Below are positions 1-9,157 of a stretch of 56,812 bases of DNA, one piece after another. Position numbers and translations under genes: made by a program. Under the pieces are notes generated by a model. It saw only the letters and a program-made list of their open reading frames with translations, was not told where the DNA came from and searched no databases. Positions within the stretch are counted from its first letter, which is position 1, and each line of letters begins with the position of its first letter. The DNA is from Gammaproteobacteria bacterium. Lineage in GTDB: Bacteria > Pseudomonadota > Gammaproteobacteria > Burkholderiales > SG8-39. Where the stretch lies: assembly GCA_041496745.1 (NCBI GenBank), contig JBGQFF010000003.1, forward strand, positions 1 to 56,812, read 5' to 3'.

Positions 1-173
1 AATCCCGTTTCAACATTCCTGTTTGCATGGCTGTACCCTGCGTCGATGTAGCCGCTAAGGCTGAGTCCCGACGCGTCGAGGACTTTGTCGAGGGTCGGGG
101 CGGCTTGGGCCAGCACGGTCGCCGGTGCGGCGAATGCGGTCCATACCGCGGCAGCGAGAATGGCGTTGCGCAT
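1..173 (-). CDS. Secreted, probably outer-membrane beta-barrel/porin protein; N-terminal part only (runs off the window)
   Basis: Manual translation from ATG at 173: MRNAILAAAVWTAFAAPATVLAQAAPTLDKVLDASGLSLSGYIDAGYSHANRN. Signal peptide then a beta-strand-like 'LSGYIDAGY'; SD-like GGGAG upstream; divergent from ubiK, where nitrogen-regulated porin/glnK-amtB genes often lie. Confidence 0.6.
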   Translation of the reverse strand, partial: MRNAILAAAVWTAFAAPATVLAQAAPTLDKVLDASGLSLSGYIDAGYSHANRNVETG

Positions 174-222
174 TGTGGTGATCTCCCTTAAGTGATATTT
201 GGTAGAACGCCGATAGCTCAGA

Positions 223-237
223 GCATCTGCCGTGCCA
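223..237 (-). promoter_or_regulatory. Sigma54 (-24/-12) promoter for the porin-like gene
   Basis: Minus strand reads TGGCACGGCAGATGC, a GG-N10-GC match to TGGCAC-N5-TTGC. Confidence 0.75.
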
Positions 238-298
238 GATAAAAACTTCTTATTAATCAGGTTAATATCAAGAGCCCACGGCGTTTGTTGTATCTCAG

Positions 299-346
299 CG
301 CACCAACTTGGGGCGTATCCTGGTGTAATTGCGCGAGCATGGTGCG
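299..346. promoter_or_regulatory. Tandem NtrC-type binding sites
   Basis: CGCACCAACTTGGGGCG (299-315) and TGCGCGAGCATGGTGCG (330-346) resemble TGCACCA-N3-TGGTGCA; 31 bp apart, upstream of the sigma54 site, with an AT-rich tract at 241-270. Confidence 0.65.
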
Positions 347-392
347 GGCCTTGCCCTTCACGCGGGCGGCCTCTCCGCATACGCTCGGCGCC

Positions 393-638
393 ATGATTGA
401 CAAGCGACTGATGGACGAATTGGGCGAGCGCCTGGGCGAAGCGGCCAAGGCGTCCCCGGCGCAGGACCTGGAGAAGAACCTGCGTGCCCTGCTCGGTGCC
501 TTTTTCGACCGCTTCGACGTGGTGCTGCGCGAGGACTTCGACGTGCAGAGGCGGCTACTCGAGCGCGCACAGGCGAAGCTCGAGGCGCTGGAGGCCCGCC
601 TCGGCGAGCTCGAGGCCCGTTCCGGCCGCGACGTGTAA
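393..638 (+). CDS. ubiK: Ubiquinone biosynthesis accessory factor UbiK (YqiC/BMFP family)
   Basis: MIDKRLMDELG...SPAQDLEKNLRALL...FDVVLREDFDVQRRLLERAQAKLEALEARL; 81 aa coiled coil; upstream of yifB. Confidence 0.85.
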   Translation: MIDKRLMDELGERLGEAAKASPAQDLEKNLRALLGAFFDRFDVVLREDFDVQRRLLERAQAKLEALEARLGELEARSGRDV

Positions 639-681
639 ACCGCCGCCGCCGCGCCGCGTTGTTCACGGCAGGGAGGTGGCG

Positions 682-2181
682 ATGGCGCTGGCAACGGTGG
701 CGAGCCGCGCGCTCGCCGGCATCGATGCGCCCGAGGTGACGGTGGAGGTGCACCTCGGGCCGGGCCTGCCCGCATTCCACATCGTCGGCCTGCCCGACGC
801 CGAAGTGCGCGAGGCGAAAGAGCGCGTGCGCGCGGCGCTGCACCACGCGCAGTTCGAATTCCCTTCGCGCCGCATCACGGTCAACCTCGCTCCCGCCGAT
901 CTGCCCAAGGACTCGGCGCGCTTTGACCTGCCGATCGCGCTAGGCATCCTCGCCGCGAGCGGTCAGCTGAAGAGCGCGGCGCTCGCCGGGCTCGAGTTCG
1001 CGGGCGAGCTCTCACTCACCGGCGAGCTGCGCCCGGTGCGCGGCGCACTGGCGATGGCGCTGGCCTCGGGCCGCTCGGGCCGCAGCTTCATCCTGCCGGC
1101 CGGCAACGCCGCGCAGGCCGCGCTCGCCGAGCGCGCGACCGTGCTGCCGGCGAGAAACCTGCTGGAAGTCTGCGCGCACCTCGCAGGCAGCGCGCCGCTC
1201 GCGCCACATCGCAACTCCGCGGAGCGCGCGGCGCCCGCCTACGCCGACTTGCGCGACGTGAAGGGCCAGGCCGCGGCGAAGCGCGCGCTGGAAGTCGCCG
1301 CCGCGGGCGGCCACAGCCTGCTGCTGCTCGGCCCGCCGGGCACCGGCAAGTCGATGCTCGCTGCGCGCTTCCCGGGCATCCTCGCGCCGATGAGCCAGGA
1401 AGAGGCGCTGGAGAGCGCCGCCATCCATTCCGCATCGAACGCCGGATTCGATGCCGCGCACTGGGGCGTGCGCCCGCTGCGCGCGCCGCACCACACCGCG
1501 TCGCGCGTCGCGCTGGTAGGCGGCGGCAGCCCGCCGCGGCCGGGCGAGATTTCGCTCGCGCACCACGGCGTGCTGTTCATGGACGAGCTGCCGGAGTTCG
1601 GGCGCAGCGCGCTCGAGGCGCTGCGCGAGCCGCTCGAATCGGGTGTCATCTCGCTCGCGCGCGGGGTGCGCCACGCGCGCTTTCCCGCGCGCTTCCAGCT
1701 GGTGGCGGCGATGAACCCCTGTCCCTGCGGCTACCTGGGGCACGCTTCGGGCCGCTGCCGCTGCACGCCCGACGCCATCGCCCGCTACCGCGCGCGCATC
1801 TCGGGGCCGCTGGCGGACCGCATCGACATCAAGATCGAGGCGCCGGCGCCTCGCGAGGCGGAGTTGCTGGCGGCGGCCGAGGGCGAGGCGTCGAGCGCGA
1901 TCCGCTCCAGGGTGTGCGCCGCGCGCGAACGGCAACTGGCGCGGCAGGGCAAGCCGAACGCGCTCCTCGGCACGCAGGAGATCGGCGAGCATTGCGCCAC
2001 CGACGCGCAGGCCGAGGAACTGGTGCGCACGGCGATCGCCCGGCTGTCGCTGTCGGCGCGCGCCTACCACCGGGTGCTGCGCCTGGCGCGCTCGATCGCG
2101 GATCTCGCGTCGCTCGAACGCATCGGCGCGGCGCAGGTCGCCGAGGCCATCCAGTACCGCAGGCTCGACGCGGCGCTGTAG
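682..2181 (+). CDS. comM: YifB/ComM family Mg-chelatase-like AAA+ ATPase
   Basis: ITVNLAPADLPK, Walker A GPPGTGKS, GEISLAHHGVLFMDE, AAMNPCPCG; SD GGAGG upstream. Confidence 0.92.
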   Translation: MALATVASRALAGIDAPEVTVEVHLGPGLPAFHIVGLPDAEVREAKERVRAALHHAQFEFPSRRITVNLAPADLPKDSARFDLPIALGILAASGQLKSAALAGLEFAGELSLTGELRPVRGALAMALASGRSGRSFILPAGNAAQAALAERATVLPARNLLEVCAHLAGSAPLAPHRNSAERAAPAYADLRDVKGQAAAKRALEVAAAGGHSLLLLGPPGTGKSMLAARFPGILAPMSQEEALESAAIHSASNAGFDAAHWGVRPLRAPHHTASRVALVGGGSPPRPGEISLAHHGVLFMDELPEFGRSALEALREPLESGVISLARGVRHARFPARFQLVAAMNPCPCGYLGHASGRCRCTPDAIARYRARISGPLADRIDIKIEAPAPREAELLAAAEGEASSAIRSRVCAARERQLARQGKPNALLGTQEIGEHCATDAQAEELVRTAIARLSLSARAYHRVLRLARSIADLASLERIGAAQVAEAIQYRRLDAAL

Positions 2182-2192
2182 ACTCGGCGCCG

Positions 2193-3008
2193 ATGGCGAC
2201 GTACGCGATCGGCGACGTGCAGGGCTGCATCGACGAACTGCAGGCGCTGCTCGCGCAATTGAGCTTCAGCGGGGCACGCGACCGATTGTGGTTCGTCGGT
2301 GACCTGGTCAACCGCGGGCCCGCCTCGCTCGAGGTGCTGCGCCTCGTGCGCGGCCTGGGGGAGAAAGCGGTCGTCGTCCTGGGCAACCACGACCTGCACC
2401 TGCTGTGCGTCGCCGCAGGCTACGCGAAGAAGCGGGACGACGACACGCTGGATGAGTTGCTGTCCGCGCCGGATGCGCAAGAGTTGCTGGCTTGGCTGCG
2501 CGGCCGTTCCATGATGCACGTCGAGGCGGGCCATGCCATGGTGCATGCGGGATTGCTGCCGCAGTGGCCAATCGACAAGGCATTGGGTCTCGCTCGTGAG
2601 GCGGAGGCAGCGCTTCGCGCTCCGTCCTACCGGGAATTCCTGGCGAACATGTACGGCGGCACGCCGACCTCCTGGCGCGACGACCTCGTTGGCTGGGACC
2701 GCCTGCGCGTCATCGTCAACGCGATGACCCGCCTTCGCTTCTGCAATGCCGGCGGCGAGATGGAGCTGCGCGCGAATGGCGCCGAGGCGCCGCCGGGGTT
2801 CAAGCCCTGGTTCGAATTGCGGCCCATGGGTGAACTGCCGATCGTCTGCGGCCACTGGTCCGCGTTGGGCCTGAAGCTCTCGCAGAAGCTCATCGCCCTC
2901 GACAGCGGCTGCGTCTGGGGCGGGAGCCTCACCGCGCTGCGCCTGGAAGACAGGGCCTTGTTTCAGGTACCCTGCCGCGGCTATCAGCCGGTGGGAGAAG
3001 ACGGATGA
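2193..3008 (+). CDS. apaH: Symmetrical bis(5'-nucleosyl)-tetraphosphatase (Ap4A hydrolase)
   Basis: MATYAIGDVQGC, GDLVNRGP, VLGNHDLHL, GHWSALG, LDSGCVWG. Confidence 0.93.
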   Translation: MATYAIGDVQGCIDELQALLAQLSFSGARDRLWFVGDLVNRGPASLEVLRLVRGLGEKAVVVLGNHDLHLLCVAAGYAKKRDDDTLDELLSAPDAQELLAWLRGRSMMHVEAGHAMVHAGLLPQWPIDKALGLAREAEAALRAPSYREFLANMYGGTPTSWRDDLVGWDRLRVIVNAMTRLRFCNAGGEMELRANGAEAPPGFKPWFELRPMGELPIVCGHWSALGLKLSQKLIALDSGCVWGGSLTALRLEDRALFQVPCRGYQPVGEDG

Positions 3009-3418
3009 CCGACTGCGTTTTCTGCAAGATCATGGCGAAACAGATTCCGGCGACCGTGGTGCACGAGGACGAGGCCACGCTCGCCTTCATGGACATCGGG
3101 CAGGTGAACCCCGGCCACGTGCTGGTCGCCTGCAAGGCGCACGTCGAGAACGTGTACGGTCTCCAAGACGCGCAGGCCGCGGCCGTGTTCCGAACGGCGG
3201 CCCGCGTGGCGCGGGCGATCCGCGCCGCCTTCAATCCGCCGGGGCTTTCGATCTACCAGGCGAACGGCAAGCCCGCCGGGCAGACGGTGTTCCACTTCCA
3301 CCTGCACGTGCTGCCGCGGCACGACGCCGACGGCATGCAGCTCGTCTGGCCGGTGAAGAACCCGCCGCGCGAAAAGCTCGAGGAATACGCCGCGCAGATC
3401 CGCGCACAACTGGCCTAG
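3005..3418 (+). CDS. HIT family nucleotide hydrolase
   Basis: DCVFCKI start and histidine triad HFHLHVL; ATGA overlap with apaH. Confidence 0.9.
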   Translation: MTDCVFCKIMAKQIPATVVHEDEATLAFMDIGQVNPGHVLVACKAHVENVYGLQDAQAAAVFRTAARVARAIRAAFNPPGLSIYQANGKPAGQTVFHFHLHVLPRHDADGMQLVWPVKNPPREKLEEYAAQIRAQLA

Positions 3419-4353
3419 CTCCACGGCGAGTAGCCGAACGCCTGCTTGAAGTGCGCCTCGACCGTGGCGCGGTCGGCACGATGGTTCTGCGCGCCGCGGC
3501 TGGCGATCTTGATGGCGCCGAACACCGCGCCGAGACGCCCGGTGTTCGCCCAGTCCCAGCCATTGGCGATGCCGTAGAGCAGTCCCGCGCGGTAGGCGTC
3601 GCCGCAGCCGGTCGGGTCGGTCACGCTCTTCGCCGGCACGCAGGGGATGTCGTGGGCCTTGCCGCCGGCAAGAATGCGCGAGCCCTGCGGGCCGAGCGTG
3701 ACGATCAGCGCCTTCACTTCGCGCGCGAGGTTCTCCAGGCTGCGCCCGGTCTTTTCCACGAGCAGTTTGCCCTCGTAGTCGTTCACCGCGACGTAGTCGG
3801 CGAGCCGCACGAACTGCGCCAGCTCCTCGCCCGAGAACATCGGCAGCCCCTGCCCGGGGTCGAACACGAAGGGGATGCCCGCGGCGACGCATTCGCGCGC
3901 GTGCTGCAGCATGCCTTCCTTGCCGTCGGGCGCGATGATCGCCAGCCCCGCGCCGAGCGCGCGCTCGACGTGGTTTTCATGCGCGTGGTTCATGGCGCCG
4001 GGATGGAACGCGGTGATCTGGTTGTCGTCGAGGTCCGTGGTGATGAACGCCTGCGCCGTGAACTGCCCGGGGATCTTCTTCAGGTGCGCCGCGTCGATGC
4101 CCAAGCGCTGCAGCCGGTAAAGGTAGGGGTCGATGTCCTCGCCCACGGTGGCCATCACCAGCGGGTCGCCGCCCAGCTGCTTCAGGTTGTAGGCGATGTT
4201 GCCGGAGGTGCCGCCGAACTCGCGCCGCATCTGCGGGGTGAGGAAGCACACGTTGAGGATGTGCAGCTGGTCGGGCAGCAGGTGGTTCTTGAAGCGGTCC
4301 GGGAACACCATGATGGTGTCGTAGGCGATGGAGCCGGTGATCAGGGTTTTCAT
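3415..4353 (-). CDS. PfkB family carbohydrate/nucleoside kinase (adenosine kinase-like)
   Basis: GSIAYD, FGGTSGNIAY, DPTGCGDAYRAG. Confidence 0.88.
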   Translation of the reverse strand: MKTLITGSIAYDTIMVFPDRFKNHLLPDQLHILNVCFLTPQMRREFGGTSGNIAYNLKQLGGDPLVMATVGEDIDPYLYRLQRLGIDAAHLKKIPGQFTAQAFITTDLDDNQITAFHPGAMNHAHENHVERALGAGLAIIAPDGKEGMLQHARECVAAGIPFVFDPGQGLPMFSGEELAQFVRLADYVAVNDYEGKLLVEKTGRSLENLAREVKALIVTLGPQGSRILAGGKAHDIPCVPAKSVTDPTGCGDAYRAGLLYGIANGWDWANTGRLGAVFGAIKIASRGAQNHRADRATVEAHFKQAFGYSPWS

Positions 4354-5148
4354 TCAGGAAGGATAGAAGAGATAGAGCCGGTAGCCCGTGGCGTGCACGC
4401 CGCGGGTGTCGAAATGCACGCGCACCACCGCCTCGCCGCCCGGGCCGATGCCCTGCGCCAGCTGTTCGCGCGCCGCCGCCTGCATGTATTCCGGCGGCCG
4501 CAGCACGCGCCGCACCAGCGCCTTGTCGGCGGCGTCGGTCAGCGTGAGCTCGAGCGCCGGGTGCTCCTGCGCGAACGGCGCGCGGTTGCGGATCACCGCG
4601 TTTAGCACGATCAGGCTGTCGCGCCGGCTGTCGGCCTGCAGGTCGGAGGACTCGATGCTGAGCAGGTCCGGGCGGCGTGGCAGGCGCAGCTCGCAGTCGA
4701 GCAGGCGGCAGCCCTCCTCGAGGAAGGGACGCGTCTGCGGCATGAGCGTGGCGATTTCGGTACGGTAGTAATGGGCGAGCTGCCCGAAGAGCGCCGCGAA
4801 GGCGAGCAGCGCCGCGAGGCTCCAGGCGACGGTATAGCGCGCGCGCGGCGCCTCTTCCTCGAGGAATTCGGGCAGCGGCTCGTCGTCCTGCGCAGTGCTC
4901 GGGCGCCGCGCCGGACGGCGCTCCGGCTTTGCCGCGGCGGCGGCCGCCGCGCCGGGGTCGAACAGCCCGAGCTGCGGCGAGGGCTCCAGCGGCCCGGTGG
5001 CGGCGCCCTCCTCGATCAGGTGCGCGACGCCGTCGAACACGGCGGCGCACTTGCCGCAGCGGACCATGCCGCCGCGCGCCGTGAGCTGCGACTGCTGCGC
5101 GCGGAATGCGGTGCCGCAGTGCGGGCAGCGGGTGACCAGCGTGCTCAC
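4354..5148 (-). CDS. Zinc-ribbon and DUF3426 domain membrane protein
   Basis: GTG start overlapping the prmA stop; TRCPHCGTAFR...VRCGKC zinc ribbon, one TM helix, C-terminal ATGYRLYLFYP. Confidence 0.85.
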   Translation of the reverse strand: MSTLVTRCPHCGTAFRAQQSQLTARGGMVRCGKCAAVFDGVAHLIEEGAATGPLEPSPQLGLFDPGAAAAAAAKPERRPARRPSTAQDDEPLPEFLEEEAPRARYTVAWSLAALLAFAALFGQLAHYYRTEIATLMPQTRPFLEEGCRLLDCELRLPRRPDLLSIESSDLQADSRRDSLIVLNAVIRNRAPFAQEHPALELTLTDAADKALVRRVLRPPEYMQAAAREQLAQGIGPGGEAVVRVHFDTRGVHATGYRLYLFYPS

Positions 5149-5972
5149 CGCCGCCGCCCTTCGACCAGGTCCCAGCCCTCCTCCGAGGCCGCGACGGCCG
5201 CGTCGAAGTCGCCGGCGTAGGCGGCCAACACTTCCGCCGACTGCGCGGCGAGAATGCCGGCGAGCGCGATGCGCCCGCCGCGGCGCGTGCGCGCGGCGAG
5301 CAGCGGTTCGAGTACGATCAGGGCCTGGGACAGGATGTTGGCCACCACCACGTCGTAATCGCCGGGCGGCAGCCGCTCCGGCGGGAGCGCGCGCAACGCG
5401 ACGCTGTTGGCGCGCGCGTTGTCCGTCGTCGTCGCCAGCGCCAGCGGGTCCACGTCGACGGCGTCGACGCGGGCGGCGCCGAGCTTGGCGGCGGCGATCG
5501 CCAATATACCGGAACCGCAGCCGTAATCGAGGACGCTGGCGCCGGGAGCCAGGGTGCGCGCGAGCCAGCCCAGCACCAGGCGCGTGCTCGGGTGGCTGCC
5601 GGTGCCGAAAGCCATGCCGGGGTCGAGGCGCACCACCGCGGCCGCCTCGCGCGGGGGCTGGTGCCAGCTCGGCACCACCCACAACCGGCCGGCGATACAG
5701 ATCGGCGCAAACTGCGCTTGCGTCGCGCGCACCCAATCCTGGTCGGCGACCGCCTGGACGGTGAACGCGGGCGCGCCGATCCCCGCCTGCGTAGCGGCGA
5801 TGGCGAGCAGCGCTGCCGGGTCGGCATCCTGCGCCAGCAGCACGTGCAGCCGGTGGCGCGGGCGCTCCGGCTCCTCGATCCATACCGAGTGCGCGCCCTG
5901 CTCCATCAGCGCGTCGCTCAGCGCCTCGGCCTGCGCCGCCTCGACCTCCAGGGTGAGCGCGAGCCAGGGCAC
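5145..5972 (-). CDS. prmA: Ribosomal protein L11 methyltransferase
   Basis: LDPGMAFGTGSHPST, VLDYGCGSGILAIAA, VVANIL; follows accC. Confidence 0.93.
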   Translation of the reverse strand: MPWLALTLEVEAAQAEALSDALMEQGAHSVWIEEPERPRHRLHVLLAQDADPAALLAIAATQAGIGAPAFTVQAVADQDWVRATQAQFAPICIAGRLWVVPSWHQPPREAAAVVRLDPGMAFGTGSHPSTRLVLGWLARTLAPGASVLDYGCGSGILAIAAAKLGAARVDAVDVDPLALATTTDNARANSVALRALPPERLPPGDYDVVVANILSQALIVLEPLLAARTRRGGRIALAGILAAQSAEVLAAYAGDFDAAVAASEEGWDLVEGRRR

Positions 5973-7333
5973 TACTTGACCTTCTGCTTGCTCTCCTGCG
6001 CCAGCTTCTGCTCGAGGTAGTGGATCGAGGTGCCGCCGCGCAGGAAGCGGCTGTCGTGCAGCAGCTCGCGGTGCAGCGGGATGTTGGTGGCGATGCCCTC
6101 GAGCACCATTTCCGAGAGCGCGATGCGCATGCGCCGGATCGCCTGGTCGCGCGTCGCGCCGTAGGCGATCAGCTTGCCGACCATCGAGTCGTAGTTGGGC
6201 GGTACGGTGTAGCCGGCATAGATGTGCGTGTCGACGCGAATGCCGGGCCCGCCCGGCGGGTGGTAGGAGGTGATGCGGCCCGGCGAGGGCGTGAAGCGGT
6301 ACGGGTCCTCCGCGTTGATGCGGCACTCGATGGCATGGCCGCGCACCACGATGTCCTTCTGCCGGAAGCGCAGTTTCTCGCCCGCGGCGATGCGGATCTG
6401 TTCCTGCACCAGGTCCACCCCGGTGATCATCTCGGTCACCGGGTGCTCGACCTGGATGCGCGTGTTCATCTCGATGAAGTAGAACTCGCCGTCCTCGTAC
6501 AGGAACTCGAAGGTGCCCGCGCCGCGGTAGCCGATCTTGCGGCAGGCGTCGGCGCAGCGCTCGCCGATCCTCTCGCGCTGCTTTTCCGTCAGCTCGGGTG
6601 CCGGCGCTTCCTCGATGATCTTCTGGTGGCGGCGCTGCATCGAGCAGTCCCGCTCGCCCAGGTAGATGGCGTTCTTGTGGCTGTCGGCGAGCACCTGGAT
6701 CTCGATGTGGCGCGGGTTCTCCAGGTACTTCTCCATGTACACGGTGGCGTTGCCGAAGGCGGCCTGCGCCTCGCCGCGCGTCATGTTGACCGCATTGAGC
6801 AGCGCTGCTTCGGTGTGCACCACCCGCATGCCGCGGCCGCCGCCGCCGCCGGAGGCCTTGATGATCACCGGGTAGCCGATCTTGCGCGCGATGCGCACGA
6901 CCTCCTTGGCGTCCTCCGGCAGCCCGCCTTCCGAGCCAGGCACGCAGGGCACGCCCGCCTTCACCATCGCCTGCTTGGCGCTGACCTTGTCGCCCATCAA
7001 GCGGATGTTCTCGGGCCGCGGGCCGATGAACACGAAGCCCGAGCGCTCGACGCGCTCGGCGAAATCGGCGTTCTCCGACAGAAAGCCGTAGCCCGGGTGG
7101 ATCGCCTCGGCGTCGGTGACTTCGGCGGCGCTGATGATCGCCGCCATGTTGAGGTAGCTGTCGCGCGCCGGCGCCGGGCCGATGCATACCGACTCGTCGG
7201 CGAGCTTCACGTACTTGGCCTCGGCGTCGACCGTGGAATGCACGACCACCGTGCGGATGCCGAGCTCGCGGCAGGCGCGCTGGATGCGCAGCGCGATCTC
7301 CCCGCGGTTGGCGATGAGGATCTTCTCGAACAC
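5972..7333 (-). CDS. accC: Acetyl-CoA carboxylase, biotin carboxylase subunit
   Basis: [38 protein letters not shown]. Confidence 0.96.
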   Translation of the reverse strand: MFEKILIANRGEIALRIQRACRELGIRTVVVHSTVDAEAKYVKLADESVCIGPAPARDSYLNMAAIISAAEVTDAEAIHPGYGFLSENADFAERVERSGFVFIGPRPENIRLMGDKVSAKQAMVKAGVPCVPGSEGGLPEDAKEVVRIARKIGYPVIIKASGGGGGRGMRVVHTEAALLNAVNMTRGEAQAAFGNATVYMEKYLENPRHIEIQVLADSHKNAIYLGERDCSMQRRHQKIIEEAPAPELTEKQRERIGERCADACRKIGYRGAGTFEFLYEDGEFYFIEMNTRIQVEHPVTEMITGVDLVQEQIRIAAGEKLRFRQKDIVVRGHAIECRINAEDPYRFTPSPGRITSYHPPGGPGIRVDTHIYAGYTVPPNYDSMVGKLIAYGATRDQAIRRMRIALSEMVLEGIATNIPLHRELLHDSRFLRGGTSIHYLEQKLAQESKQKVK

Positions 7334-7341
7334 CGGGGGCG

Positions 7342-7794
<453 letters not shown>

Positions 7795-7844
7795 TGTTTT
7801 TCCTCCCCCGGCGGGCAGGGCTGCCCGCCGCGCGGAAACCGGGG

Positions 7845-8327
7845 CTAGGCCCCGCCGCTCCCCTTGGCCTTGAGCCGCCCGATGGCGAAATCGAGCGCCA
7901 GGTCGTAGCCGCGGCTGCCCAGCCCGAGAATCGAGCCGACCGCCACGGCGGTGAAATGCGAGTGCGCACGCCAAGGCTCGCGCGCATGGATGTTGGACAG
8001 GTGCACCTCTACGAACGGGATCTGCACCGCGGCCAGCGCATCGCGCAGCGCGATGCTCGAATAGGTGAACGCAGCCGGATTGAGAATGATGAAACCGACG
8101 CCATCGCACTTCGCCTGCTGCACGCGGTCGACTGCTACCCCCTCATGGTTGGTCTGCAGGCAATCGAGCTTGACGCCGGCGGCCTTGGCTGTGGCAGCAA
8201 GCCGCCGCTCGATCGAGGGCAGCGTGTCCCGCCCATACAGGTGCGGCTCGCGGGTGCCGAGCAGGTTCAGGTTCGGCCCGTTCAGAAGCAAAATGGAGGG
8301 GCGCCCCGATTTTCCGGATTTAGCCAT
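7845..8327 (-). CDS. aroQ: Type II 3-dehydroquinate dehydratase
   Basis: [34 protein letters not shown]. Confidence 0.95.
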   Translation of the reverse strand: MAKSGKSGRPSILLLNGPNLNLLGTREPHLYGRDTLPSIERRLAATAKAAGVKLDCLQTNHEGVAVDRVQQAKCDGVGFIILNPAAFTYSSIALRDALAAVQIPFVEVHLSNIHAREPWRAHSHFTAVAVGSILGLGSRGYDLALDFAIGRLKAKGSGGA

Positions 8328-8486
8328 TTTTCCCCGAAGAAGGCGGCAATATAGCCGAAATTCCCGCAAGGGGCTGTCCATGGCCTCCCACCCGGGAAGG
8401 CCTAGTGTTTCTATCCAACGTCAAGGGCGGAGGGTCAGAAACGTGATCCAGGCCATTCGCCCCATTTTCGGAGAACTTCACACTAT

Positions 8487-9095
8487 TTAACCGCTCTTTC
8501 CCAACAGTTGCCCTACCTCCGTGATGCCTGCCCGGTCGATGACGCGTCCTGTTTGGGAGGTTTTCAGCGCCAGGCGCTCGTCGCGGGGATCGAAAACCGA
8601 CAGGCGCAGGGGGGTCCCGAGCCAGTCGAGCTTGAACACGCTCACGGCATGGGCCCGGTCGCCGGAATAGCGCCGCGCCTCGGAGGTGTCGAAAGCGATG
8701 TTGCGCTCGAGCAGGAACAGCTCGACGTCCTTGGCGCTGTCCGGGTAGAGCTGCAGGTCGATTTGCGCGTATGGCCCGGCGATGCCCTTCAGCACTGGCC
8801 CGGTGAGGTAGGGAGTGAAGCGCTCGAGCGCCCGCATCGCATCGAGCGCCAGCCGGCGCAACTCGGCGATGCGTTCGGGGTGTTCCTCGGCCTGGTACAG
8901 CGCGCGATAGTCGCGCAGCTCGACTTCGATCTCGTCGTTGGTGGGGAGCGACTCGGTATCAGCGGCGCCCAGCTGGCGCGCCGCCTTGCGCTTGGCGAGG
9001 GCGAAGCTGTCGATGCCGTCCTCGGCCATCAGGCGCGCCGCGGCTGCGGCGATCCTCGTGCGCATGCCGTCATGCCGCGAAGTCCGGCGGCTCAT
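8487..9095 (-). CDS. Conserved hypothetical protein with nucleotidyltransferase-like fold
   Basis: IAAAAARLMAEDG...AKRKAARQLG...LP.NDEIE; LTGPVLKG...QIDLQLY; divergent from mpl. Confidence 0.75.
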   Translation of the reverse strand: MSRRTSRHDGMRTRIAAAAARLMAEDGIDSFALAKRKAARQLGAADTESLPTNDEIEVELRDYRALYQAEEHPERIAELRRLALDAMRALERFTPYLTGPVLKGIAGPYAQIDLQLYPDSAKDVELFLLERNIAFDTSEARRYSGDRAHAVSVFKLDWLGTPLRLSVFDPRDERLALKTSQTGRVIDRAGITEVGQLLGKSG

Positions 9096-9157
9096 AGCGG
9101 GCGCATGATAGCGCACCAGGCCCCGGGGCCATCGCGTAAAATCGCCGCCCTTTCGCC

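Noticed and set aside
8328-8486. Relatively AT-rich 159-nt gap as a possible sRNA or gene remnant
   Set aside because: Only a plausible -10 (TATATT, minus strand) for aroQ-accBC; no recognisable RNA structure or ORF
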